Shown: piece after piece, positions 1 through 8,043 of the stretch | How positions within the stretch are numbered: position 1 is the stretch's first letter | Layout of the letters: each line of letters starts with the position of its first letter | Assembly (NCBI GenBank): GCA_045661285.1 | Contig: JAZRFI010000088.1 | Location: 1 to 45,900 of the forward strand | Length of the DNA: 45,900 nt | Direction: 5' to 3' | DNA from: Eubacteriales bacterium | GTDB taxonomy: Bacteria > Bacillota > Clostridia > Oscillospirales > CAG-272 | Program-made: the position numbers and the translations under genes | Notes under the pieces: generated by a model | What the model was told of the DNA's origin: nothing | The model's input: the letters and a program-made list of their open reading frames with translations, nothing else | Database searches by the model: none

Positions 1-61
1 ATCAAAAGAATGACAAAGTTTGATGTTTTTTTGAGCATTTGATCAAAACGGAGGAAACAAA

Positions 62-802
62 ATGGCCTTACAACAACGGGAAGAAGCCATCCTTGAATAT
101 CTTGGCCGAAACAAAGAAGCAACGGTTTCAGAGCTTTGCGCGGCTCTTTTTGTCAGCGAGCCGACGATGCGGCGCGACCTTGCGCGCCTCTATGCCTCGG
201 GAAAGATCATTCGTACCTACGGGGGCGCCTCACTGCGGAACGAGCCCGGGAAAAATCTCCCGCTTGTTTTGCGTGAAAAAGAGAATTCGGACGCCAAGGC
301 GGTGATCGGGCGTAAGTGCCTTTCCTTGATTTCAGATGGGGACGTTATTATGGTGGACGGCTCTTCCACCGCGCAAGCGCTTTTGCGGTTGATTGGGACG
401 AAGAGATCCATCGTTGTGGTCACCAACAGCGCTAAAGCCCCCTTTTTGATCGAGGAAGGGCAGGTAAAGCTTTTTGTGACCGGGGGAGAGCCCGCACCGA
501 ATACCTATACCTTCGTCGGAAATTACGCCGAGGATTTTCTTCGAGGCTTTTCGGCCGATCTTTGCTTTTTTTCTGTGCGAACGCTTACAGAGTCGGGAGA
601 GCTGACCGACAACGCGTTATCCGAAAACGCATTGCGCCGCGTGATGATGGAGCGCGCAAAGAAAAGCGTTCTTTTATTGGATTCGCAAAAGATCGGGGAA
701 CCCTGCCTTGGCACGCTTTGCACGCTTCGGGATATCGATTTTGTGGTAAGCGAAAGGGATATCGGGGATCGTTTTCCCGCATATCGGCATAAATTTATTT
801 AA
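62..802 (+). CDS. DeoR/GlpR family transcriptional regulator
   Basis: 246-aa ORF. N-terminal DeoR-type winged HTH (EEAILEYLGRNKEATVSELCAALFVSEPTMRRDLARL) followed by a DeoR C-terminal sensor-like domain. GGAGGA RBS lies just upstream of ATG 62. Confidence 0.85.
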   Translation: MALQQREEAILEYLGRNKEATVSELCAALFVSEPTMRRDLARLYASGKIIRTYGGASLRNEPGKNLPLVLREKENSDAKAVIGRKCLSLISDGDVIMVDGSSTAQALLRLIGTKRSIVVVTNSAKAPFLIEEGQVKLFVTGGEPAPNTYTFVGNYAEDFLRGFSADLCFFSVRTLTESGELTDNALSENALRRVMMERAKKSVLLLDSQKIGEPCLGTLCTLRDIDFVVSERDIGDRFPAYRHKFI

Positions 803-853
803 AAAAAGAAATAACGGCAAAAGGGCGCCCGCTTTCGTTAAATAAACTTTCTA

Positions 854-882
854 TTGACAGAATACCCATTCGGTGGTAAAAT
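854..882 (+). promoter_or_regulatory. sigma-A type promoter for the glycosyltransferase gene
   Basis: TTGACA (854-859), a 17-nt spacer ending in TGg (extended -10), then TAAAAT (877-882). The TTG at 854 that opens the ORF-track entry is this -35 box, not a start codon. Confidence 0.6.
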
Positions 883-913
883 ATCCTTGAAAATTCAGAT
901 TAGAAGGTGCGTA

Positions 914-2095
914 ATGGAAGAGAAAATATTAAAGGTCGCCTTGTTTATTGACACCTATTTTCCAATGATCGACGGCGTTGTTATGGTCGTCGACAATTAC
1001 GCCAAAAGACTTGCGGAGTTTGCGGACGTAACCGTATTTTGCCCCACGATCGATAAAAATTACAAAGACGAATTCAATTATAAGGTTGTTCGCTCGAAAT
1101 CGCTTAAAATCCCCTTTTTCGATTATTCGCTTCCTTGCCCCCATTTTGATAAAGCTTTTTTGAAGCATCTTGAACAAGAGGATTTTGATATCGTACATAT
1201 GCATTCCCCCTTTTCGATCGGGAAATTGGGCGTAAGATACGCGAAAAAGCATAACGTTCCCGTGGTGGCCACGGTTCATTCGCAGTTTAAGCCGGATATT
1301 CAAAGAATGTTTCGCTTAAAACCGCTCACCCCCGTATTATTGGGTCATTTGATGAAGATCTTTAACGCTTGCGACGAATGTTGGGCGGTCAACGAGGGGA
1401 TGCGTAAGCTCTACCTTGAAGAATATGGCCTTACGGCGAAAAGTAAAGTACAAAGAAACGCTTCCGATTTCGTCCCCTTTGAGGATAAAGCCGCCGCGCG
1501 CAGCTTTTTGACGGAAAGCTATTCGATAAAGGACGATGAGAAGATCTTTTTGTTTGTCGGCCGCATCAATTTCCTTAAAAATCTTCCGTTTATTTTGGAA
1601 GCGCTTACCTATCTCAAAAAGCAAAGCTTTCCCTTTAAGATGCTTTTTGTCGGAAAAGGGCAGGATGAAGCGGCGCTTGCCAAGCTTGCCAAAGAGCTTG
1701 GGGTAGAGGAAAACATCGTCCTTTGCGGGCAGATCAAGGATCGGCTCACGCTGGAGAAGGTCTATCGCGGCAGTGATCTTTTCCTGTTCCCCTCGCTTTA
1801 CGATGCCAACTCGCTCGTGCAGATCGAGGCGGCCAGCCAAGCGTTGCCTACGCTTTTTATTCGGGATTCCAAAACGGCAAGCTCTTGCCAAGAGGACGTA
1901 AACGCCTTTATGTGTGAAAATAACGCCGAGCGTTACGCCCAAAAGATCGTTGAGATCTTTGCGGATCCCGCGTATTACGAAGAGATCGCGCGCAACGCGC
2001 AGAAGCAGCTTTACGTAAAATGGGATGACTGTATTGAAGGATTGCTCGCCGATTACCGCCGCGTGATCGAAGAGAAAAGAAATAAAACCGTATAA
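914..2095 (+). CDS. GT-B fold glycosyltransferase, family 4-like
   Basis: ATG 914 (MEEKILKVALFIDTYFPMIDGV) is preceded by the AGAAGGTG RBS. N-terminal Glyco_trans_4-like region and C-terminal Glycos_transf_1-like region (DLFLFPSLYDANSLVQIEAAS). Length and layout are typical of diacylglycerol glucosyltransferase-like GT4 enzymes. Confidence 0.8.
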   Translation: MEEKILKVALFIDTYFPMIDGVVMVVDNYAKRLAEFADVTVFCPTIDKNYKDEFNYKVVRSKSLKIPFFDYSLPCPHFDKAFLKHLEQEDFDIVHMHSPFSIGKLGVRYAKKHNVPVVATVHSQFKPDIQRMFRLKPLTPVLLGHLMKIFNACDECWAVNEGMRKLYLEEYGLTAKSKVQRNASDFVPFEDKAAARSFLTESYSIKDDEKIFLFVGRINFLKNLPFILEALTYLKKQSFPFKMLFVGKGQDEAALAKLAKELGVEENIVLCGQIKDRLTLEKVYRGSDLFLFPSLYDANSLVQIEAASQALPTLFIRDSKTASSCQEDVNAFMCENNAERYAQKIVEIFADPAYYEEIARNAQKQLYVKWDDCIEGLLADYRRVIEEKRNKTV

Positions 2096-2103
2096 AAGAA
2101 AAA

Positions 2104-2128
2104 GGAACATCGGCGATGTTCCTTTTTT
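2104..2128. terminator. bidirectional intrinsic terminator between convergent genes
   Basis: GGAACATC-ggc-GATGTTCC hairpin flanked by an A-run upstream and a T-run downstream. It lies between the GT4 stop (2095) and the rluB stop (2133). Confidence 0.7.
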
Positions 2129-2132
2129 CTTT

Positions 2133-2867
2133 TTATTTTACCGCGGCGCGCAGATACGCGATCTCCTCCTCGGTCAGATAGCGCCAACGCCCAACGGGAA
2201 GGCCGTTCAGCTTCAATTTGCCGATTGAAACGCGGTTTAAGCGTTTTACGGTCAGCTTCGCTTGCTCACACATCTTACGGATCTGGCGGTTTCGACCCTC
2301 GTAAAGCGTCATTTTAAGGACGGTGCCGGTCTCGTTCCGCTCGGCCATCGTGACCTCTACGGGAAGGATCTCGTATCCGTCGATCACAAGGGGGGAGCGC
2401 AGGATCGCAAGCTCCTCTTTTCCCACCTGCTCGCCGACCTTAACGCGGTAGACCTTCGGGATCTCGTGGCGGGGATGGGTAAGCTTGTTGGCAAGATCCC
2501 CGTCGTCTGTAAGAAGCAGAATTCCTTCCGATACCATATCAAGCCGCCCGACGGGGTAAACGCGGCCGCATTCGGGCGGAATGAGGTCAAGCACGCACTT
2601 GCGCCCCGCCTCGTCACGGGTGGTGGTGACGTAGCCGCGCGGCTTGTTGAGAAGGATATATGTATGCCCCCCCTCTTTTTTGGGGGAAATGCGCTTTCCG
2701 TTATAAAATACGACGTCCTTTTCGGGGTCGATCTTATCCCCGATAAAGGCCGTGGCGCCGTTTACCGTAACCGCGCCCTTTTCAATTTCAACCTCGGCTG
2801 CGCGGCGGGACATCACCCCACAGTCGGAAAAAAACTTTTGAAGTCGAACAAGATTGTCTTTTTTCAT
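2133..2867 (-). CDS. rluB: pseudouridine synthase, RsuA/RluB family
   Basis: S4 RNA-binding N-terminus (VRLQKFFSDCGVMSRRAAE) and the RsuA-family catalytic motif GRLDMVSEGILLLTDDG. I prefer ATG at 2867 (MKKDN...), 3 nt after the dacB stop, over the longer ORF-track start at 2894. Confidence 0.88.
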   Translation of the reverse strand: MKKDNLVRLQKFFSDCGVMSRRAAEVEIEKGAVTVNGATAFIGDKIDPEKDVVFYNGKRISPKKEGGHTYILLNKPRGYVTTTRDEAGRKCVLDLIPPECGRVYPVGRLDMVSEGILLLTDDGDLANKLTHPRHEIPKVYRVKVGEQVGKEELAILRSPLVIDGYEILPVEVTMAERNETGTVLKMTLYEGRNRQIRKMCEQAKLTVKRLNRVSIGKLKLNGLPVGRWRYLTEEEIAYLRAAVK

Positions 2868-2869
2868 AC

Positions 2870-3991
2870 CTATTTTCGAAAAATATCGAACCATCCTTTT
2901 TTGATTTTGGGTAAAGAAACGCTTTCGCGGAAGGTAAGGGGGAAAGAGAGAGTCTTCCCTTGATAGGAGTAAAGCACGTAGCCGGCCGTATTTTCAGCCG
3001 TTACGGGGGCTACGGGGCGCGGATAAAGCTGTAAACGCGGGGTAGGGGCAGGCTCCCCTTTGCGAAGGGTCACGCGGATCTCATCGGGATTGGATACCTC
3101 GACGGTTTTATCCATGTTAAAGAGCGGCAACGTATAAGAAAACTCGTTGGTGGCGGCAAGAAGCCTGCTTTCATAGTTCTCAAAGCCGTAATTGAACAAG
3201 AGGGTATGATCCGACCAGTCAGAGGGGGCATTCAGGGTGACCGCGACAAGCAAAAGACCGTCACGCCGCGCGGCGCTGACAAGACAACGCCCGCTTTTCT
3301 TGGTAAAACCCGTCTTGACCCCGACGGTTCCCTCGTAAAAAACGAGAAGCTTGTTATGATTTAAAAGCACGCGCGCCTTTTCGCCTTCTACCGTTTGAAA
3401 GGTGTGCCGACGCGTTGCCACGATCTTGGCAAAGGTGGGGTCGGAAAGCGCCTCGCACGCAACAAGTCCAAGATCCTCGGCGGTTGTATAATGCTGTGGA
3501 TCGTCAAGGCCGTGAGGCGTGACGAAATGCGTATCGGTAAGCCCAAGCTCGTCTGCTTTTTCATTCATCAGCTCAGCAAAGCGGGGAAGCGATCCCCCAA
3601 CCGCAAGAGCAATGGCGGCCGCCGCGTCATTCGCGCTTTGTAAAAGAAGGGCGTAGAGAAGCTCTTCAAGCGTATACCGATCCCCTTCGCATAAATAGAC
3701 CGAAGAGCCTTCGATCCCAACCGCTTCCTTAGGGATCGAAACGACCGTATCCAGCGCAAGCTCTTGAAGCGCTACGAGCGCCGTCATGATCTTGGTGGTG
3801 CTGGCCATCGGTAAGCGCACGCGTTCCCCACGGGCGCAAAGCACGGTTCGGCTTTGCCCGTCAAGAAGCGCATAGGTCTGCGCCGAGAGCGAAAAAGGGG
3901 CCGATTCGGTTGCAAAAGTCGGTATAAAACCGGCAAAAATATTGAAAAATAGAGTGATAAATAAAGGCAGAAGCCGAATGCGCCTTTTCAA
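2870..3991 (-). CDS. dacB: serine-type D-Ala-D-Ala carboxypeptidase (peptidase S11, PBP5-like)
   Basis: N-terminal signal peptide; SxxK (ASTTKIMTA), SxN (QSANDAA) and KTG (VKTGFT) motifs. TTG start at 3991 with a GGGAGG RBS 7 nt upstream. The symbol comes from the scpAB...dacB synteny of Bacillus and is tentative. Confidence 0.85.
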   Translation of the reverse strand: MKRRIRLLPLFITLFFNIFAGFIPTFATESAPFSLSAQTYALLDGQSRTVLCARGERVRLPMASTTKIMTALVALQELALDTVVSIPKEAVGIEGSSVYLCEGDRYTLEELLYALLLQSANDAAAAIALAVGGSLPRFAELMNEKADELGLTDTHFVTPHGLDDPQHYTTAEDLGLVACEALSDPTFAKIVATRRHTFQTVEGEKARVLLNHNKLLVFYEGTVGVKTGFTKKSGRCLVSAARRDGLLLVAVTLNAPSDWSDHTLLFNYGFENYESRLLAATNEFSYTLPLFNMDKTVEVSNPDEIRVTLRKGEPAPTPRLQLYPRPVAPVTAENTAGYVLYSYQGKTLSFPLTFRESVSLPKIKKGWFDIFRK

Positions 3992-4061
3992 AGGGTTTCC
4001 TCCCGATTTGTATATTCCTTTTTAATATACAACGGTCGGGAGAAGATGATACAGAGAAAAA

Positions 4062-4517
4062 TCAGGCATTTTCGGCATCGTTTTCCGATGCATCAACCGT
4101 AAGATTTTCATCCTTTTTCTTTTTTACGAAAACGTCCTTCAGCTTGGAAAGAATTTCGGGGGAGCGTTCAATAAGCCCCGTGATCTTTTCCACCGAGTCG
4201 TTTTCACTATAGCCGGTGATCGGCAGAATTTCGGTCGATCCGCTTGCGTGGATGACGAGGAAGGCAATGGGGGTGATGTTCACACCCGTGCCGCCGCCAC
4301 CGCCGAAGTTGTTCGGTTTTGTAGGGGCGCCCTCTCTTTGCTTTTTCCCCGCGTAATCGATCCCGCCCGAGGCAAAGCCCATCGTGATCCGGGAAACCGG
4401 AATGATCGTCGTTTCCCCGACCTTGATCGGCTCTCCGACAACGGTTTCGGAGTTGGAAAACTCCTTTACCTTTTGCAAAGAAGCGTTGATAATATCACTG
4501 AATTTGCTGTCAGCCAT
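4062..4517 (-). CDS. ytfJ: GerW/YtfJ family sporulation protein
   Basis: Real start is the internal ATG at 4517 (MADSKFSDIINASLQKVKEF...), residue 107 of the ORF-track entry. The GerW-like core carries the glycine-rich segment NNFGGGGGTGVNITPIAFLVI. It overlaps the upstream DUF2953 gene by 8 nt. Confidence 0.8.
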   Translation of the reverse strand: MADSKFSDIINASLQKVKEFSNSETVVGEPIKVGETTIIPVSRITMGFASGGIDYAGKKQREGAPTKPNNFGGGGGTGVNITPIAFLVIHASGSTEILPITGYSENDSVEKITGLIERSPEILSKLKDVFVKKKKDENLTVDASENDAENA

Positions 4518-5199
4518 GGAAAGACTCCTTTTCTTGTGCTGAATTTTGTTTTTTCGCCGCGTTGCGTTGGCGGTGGCGATTGAAGGTATTATAGGTTCTT
4601 GTGCCGCGTAATAACGCAAAGACCGCCAAGGATAGGGTGTGGATAAGCGGGCAGGCGGCGCTGCACTGCAAGCGGAAAATATGCGTATCCGAAAGGAAAT
4701 CAACCGATATATTGCGTACGTCGCGGCGGCTTGCCTTGAAATAGCGCGTTTCGGTAGCGGCCTCCAAAAGATAGGCCGCCGTTTGCGCGATAAGGCCGTA
4801 CTGAATGGCGGCGGCCGCGGCATCCTTGGCGCCACCCAAAACGATATCCAGCCGCTTGATACGGAATTTTAAGCGGCCGTTGGCCTTCTTTTCCACTTCT
4901 TTAAAAAAGCGAAGCGCCAGGCGAAGCAGCATCCGTATGTCCGAAACGCGAAGACGTGGCATGGCTTTTTTGGCTTTTTTCTTTCGCTTTTTCGGCTTAT
5001 TTTCGGATACGGCGTGCCCTTTACCCTTCGGGCGCTTTTCTTTCTTCTTCCTTTTCTTTCGGGGGTACAGGGGGATCTTGATAAACAAATACCGCACAGA
5101 AGCCCGAATCCCGCCGTCATACGAAAAAGAAACGTGCAACGGCATAAAGAGAAGTAAGAGTATAAAAGCGAGGACGGAAAGAATGATCAGCCAGGGCAT
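4510..5199 (-). CDS. DUF2953 (YtfI-like) sporulation-associated membrane protein
   Basis: N-terminal TM helix, a Lys-rich linker and a C-terminal conserved region. The pairing with ytfJ mirrors the Bacillus ytfI-ytfJ operon. Confidence 0.6.
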   Translation of the reverse strand: MPWLIILSVLAFILLLLFMPLHVSFSYDGGIRASVRYLFIKIPLYPRKKRKKKEKRPKGKGHAVSENKPKKRKKKAKKAMPRLRVSDIRMLLRLALRFFKEVEKKANGRLKFRIKRLDIVLGGAKDAAAAAIQYGLIAQTAAYLLEAATETRYFKASRRDVRNISVDFLSDTHIFRLQCSAACPLIHTLSLAVFALLRGTRTYNTFNRHRQRNAAKKQNSAQEKESFHG

Positions 5200-5202
5200 G
5201 GC

Positions 5203-5961
5203 TTATCCTTCAACGGGGGCGGGGATCGCTTCGATGACCTCCTGCTCGCCTTCGCTTGCGACGAAAGGCTCGTCCTCGGCTTTCGGCGTAGCCTCTGCCA
5301 ATTCCTCGTCCAGCGTCAGCTGATCCTCGTCAATGGTATAGGGTTGCCCGATCTTTTGTAAGAGAGCCGCGGCATCCTCGGCGTGGATATCGGGCAGGTC
5401 GGTCAACGAATTAAGCCCGAAGCAACGAAGAAAATCGGGGGTCGTTCCGAAAAGCATCGGGCGCCCGGGCGCATCCAAACGGCCGCGACATTCGATCAGC
5501 CCGCGATCAAGCAGATTGCCGACGGCGTAGGAGCTGTCGATCTTACGGACCTGGTCGATATACGAGCGGGTAACCGGCTGATTATAGGCGATGATCGCCA
5601 GCGTTTCGATCGAAGAGGCCGAAAGGCTTCCGTTTTTGCGGATGCCGAGGGCGGCGCGGATATAAGGCAGATACCCCGATTTTGTGCAAAGCTGGCAGGT
5701 TTCGTCAAGCGCCAAGAGCATAACGCCGCGCGAAAGAGAGCTACTGTTGTATTTTTGGGCGTAATCCAAGACTCTTGCCTTCATTTCCAGCGGCGAAAGC
5801 TCGAAAAGCGAGGCAAGATCGGTGTATTTCATCGCGTGTCCCGCGGCAAAGAGGATAGCCTCTAACGCTTCGTCGATATCAAGATCCTCGATCGGCTCGG
5901 TGACCTCGGGGCGCTCTTCGGCCTCGGGCAGGGACAGTTCAAGGTTATCAAGATTCTTCAT
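5203..5961 (-). CDS. scpB: segregation and condensation protein B
   Basis: ScpB winged-helix core (EAILFAAGHAMKYTDLASLF...IAYNQPVTRSYIDQVRKIDSSYAVGNLLDRGLIE) with an acidic C-terminal tail. ATG 5961 is preferred over the TTG at 6021 and overlaps the scpA stop. Confidence 0.88.
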   Translation of the reverse strand: MKNLDNLELSLPEAEERPEVTEPIEDLDIDEALEAILFAAGHAMKYTDLASLFELSPLEMKARVLDYAQKYNSSSLSRGVMLLALDETCQLCTKSGYLPYIRAALGIRKNGSLSASSIETLAIIAYNQPVTRSYIDQVRKIDSSYAVGNLLDRGLIECRGRLDAPGRPMLFGTTPDFLRCFGLNSLTDLPDIHAEDAAALLQKIGQPYTIDEDQLTLDEELAEATPKAEDEPFVASEGEQEVIEAIPAPVEG

Positions 5962-6769
5962 GGTCAAACTCGCTTTCTTCGTTGGCGTTGGGAACGTAGC
6001 TTTCGTTATATTCAAATTCAAGGGTAAGGCAATCCTCTTGCCCGTTCGGCTCGTACGCTTCGGTATCCTCTATGGGGGCGGGATCCTTAATAAAAATGCG
6101 GTGAAGCTTTACAAGCTCTAAGATCCCGAGGAAGGAGGCAATCAGCTCGGTCTTGTCCTCGGCATCGGAAAGAAGATAGAAAAGAGAAGCGGTCTTCTTT
6201 TTCTGAAGGATTTCAAGGATATGATCGATCCGCTTTTCGACCGACACCGTCTTTCGGTTTACAAGAGGGGTGATAAGGTCGCGCTTTTCCCGCTCCGTAT
6301 GCTCACGCATGCGTTCAAGAAGCATTTGCATGGCCTTGGAGAGCAGGGCGGGATCAAGCCCAAGCGGAAAGCCCTTTTCGGGCGGGATCTCGTCTGTCTC
6401 TTTTACGAAGCGATCGGAATAATCCTCGTACATTTTTTGCATATCGAGGGCCGCGGCCTTGGCTTGCTGATAGATCTGAAGGGCGTTTTCAAGCTCTGCC
6501 TTCTTGATCTGAACCTCCTCGGATGACCGAGGCAAAAGAATGATGCTTTTGATCAGCAAAAGCTCACTGGCCATCAAAACGAATTCGCTCGTTAGGTTAA
6601 GGTCGAGCGCTTCGGCCACCTCCATATAGGTAAGGTACTGATCACAGATCTCGGCAATCGGGATATCGGTGATCTTGTAGCGATTTTTGCGCACGATCTC
6701 AAGCAAAAGGTCCATCGGGCCTTCGAATTGATCGAGTCTGAAGATGATTTCGTCCATAGTGTTCCTCAT
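5948..6769 (-). CDS. scpA: segregation and condensation protein A (kleisin)
   Basis: ScpA N-terminal signature FRLDQFEGPMDLLLEIVRKNRYKITDIPIAEI. ATG 6769 forms an ATGA overlap with the upstream stop. An alternative start at ATG 6757 (MDEIIF...) has a GAGGAA RBS and is equally plausible. Confidence 0.88.
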   Translation of the reverse strand: MRNTMDEIIFRLDQFEGPMDLLLEIVRKNRYKITDIPIAEICDQYLTYMEVAEALDLNLTSEFVLMASELLLIKSIILLPRSSEEVQIKKAELENALQIYQQAKAAALDMQKMYEDYSDRFVKETDEIPPEKGFPLGLDPALLSKAMQMLLERMREHTEREKRDLITPLVNRKTVSVEKRIDHILEILQKKKTASLFYLLSDAEDKTELIASFLGILELVKLHRIFIKDPAPIEDTEAYEPNGQEDCLTLEFEYNESYVPNANEESEFDHEES

Positions 6770-7434
6770 AAAAAGCCGGGGATCGAGTAAAAGATTGAGA
6801 AAAAGGCGTACGAGATCCGACTGGCGGCTTCGGTCAGAATATTATTGAAAAAACCGAAATAAAGAAGCAGCATTAAGGCTATCGCCATATATTTTTCGTA
6901 TTTCATAATGGCGTAGTAGGTGCGCGCGGGGAGAAATACGCAAAAGATGCGAGAGCCGTCAAGCGGCGGTAGCGGGATCAGATTAAAAAGCCCCAGCGTT
7001 AGGTTTAAAAAATGAAAGAGATAAAGGAATTGCAGGGTGTATTGCATGCAAAGGCTTGCAAAGACAGAGGGGGTTCCCCCGGCCATGGCGGCCTTGAAGA
7101 TCGCCGAAACGGCAAAGTATAAGAAGACGCCGAAAAAGGCAAGGAGAAAGTTGGAAAGCGGGCCGCAAAGCGCGGTAATTGCCATATCTCTCCTCGGCTT
7201 TTTGAAATAGCGGGTGTTGATCGGTACCGGTTTTGCCCATCCGAAACGGAAAAAGACCATACAAATGACTCCCAAAACGTCTAAATGACGTAAGGGATTG
7301 AGGGATAGGCGCCCCAAAGACCGAGCTGTGGGATCCCCCAGCTTGTAGGCGGCGTACCCGTGGGCGTATTCGTGCACCGTCAGGGCGATCAGCACGGCGG
7401 GGATCGATAAAAGGAACGTGATAAGCGAAGACAT
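6766..7434 (-). CDS. site-2 protease family (peptidase M50) membrane metalloprotease
   Basis: HEYAHGY zinc motif, multiple TM helices and NLIPLPPLDGS (the M50 LDG motif). ATG 7434 has a GAGG RBS; the ORF-track start at 7449 is a TTG. Confidence 0.85.
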   Translation of the reverse strand: MSSLITFLLSIPAVLIALTVHEYAHGYAAYKLGDPTARSLGRLSLNPLRHLDVLGVICMVFFRFGWAKPVPINTRYFKKPRRDMAITALCGPLSNFLLAFFGVFLYFAVSAIFKAAMAGGTPSVFASLCMQYTLQFLYLFHFLNLTLGLFNLIPLPPLDGSRIFCVFLPARTYYAIMKYEKYMAIALMLLLYFGFFNNILTEAASRISYAFFSIFYSIPGFL

Positions 7435-7445
7435 ATAAACCTCGT

Positions 7446-8042
7446 TCAAAGAGAAGCCGCGTCAAGGATATACCGACGAAGCTCTTCCTTTCCTTCCTTG
7501 TTGAGAGAAGAGAAGAATAGGATCGAAACGTCGGGAAAGCTTTGACGAAGCTCTTCCTCTTGACGCTTTCTTTCGGTGGCGTTAAGCTTATCGCTCTTGG
7601 TAGCGACAAGCAAAAAGGGTAACCCGGACTGACGAAGAAAGTCGATCATCATAAGGTCATCGTTTGTAGGGCCGATGCGCGAATCGATCAGCTGTACCAC
7701 AAGTGAAAGGCGGTCAATATTGGGATTCTTTACAAAATAGCCGTCGGTAAGGGCAGACCATTTCGCCTTCTCGGCTGCGGGGCGCTTAGCAAAGCCGTAG
7801 CCGGGAAGATCGACGAAATAAAGCTTTCCGTCAACGTTATAAAAATTAACCGTAATGGTTTTTCCGGGGGTCGCGCTGACACGCGCCAACGCCTTTCGCC
7901 CGAGAATCGTATTGATAAGAGAGCTTTTTCCCACGTTCGAGCGCCCCGAAAAGGCAATTTGCGGTCGCGCATCTATAGGGAATTGCTTCGGAAAGCCGGC
8001 CGAGATCGTAAGGGTTGCCTCGGAAAAGGTAAGGTTACTCAT
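7446..8042 (-). CDS. engB: ribosome biogenesis GTP-binding protein YihA/YsxC
   Basis: G1 [13 protein letters not shown]3 DLPGYG, G4 TKSDK. It lies immediately downstream of lon, as in Bacillus. Confidence 0.92.
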   Translation of the reverse strand: MSNLTFSEATLTISAGFPKQFPIDARPQIAFSGRSNVGKSSLINTILGRKALARVSATPGKTITVNFYNVDGKLYFVDLPGYGFAKRPAAEKAKWSALTDGYFVKNPNIDRLSLVVQLIDSRIGPTNDDLMMIDFLRQSGLPFLLVATKSDKLNATERKRQEEELRQSFPDVSILFFSSLNKEGKEELRRYILDAASL

Positions 8043-8043
8043 A

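Noticed and set aside
854-913. N-terminal extension of the glycosyltransferase ORF (ORF-track start at 854).
   Set aside because: The TTG at 854 is the first base of a TTGACA-N17-TAAAAT promoter. The RBS and the conserved GT4 N-terminus begin at ATG 914.
4638-4646. A perfect DnaA-box sequence TGTGGATAA.
   Set aside because: It is a single isolated copy inside the DUF2953 coding region, which is compatible with chance.
6983-7609. A 208-aa minus-strand ORF overlapping the M50 protease and engB out of frame.
   Set aside because: It straddles two well-supported genes in a different frame, has an Arg/Pro/Ser-rich composition, and has no start context.
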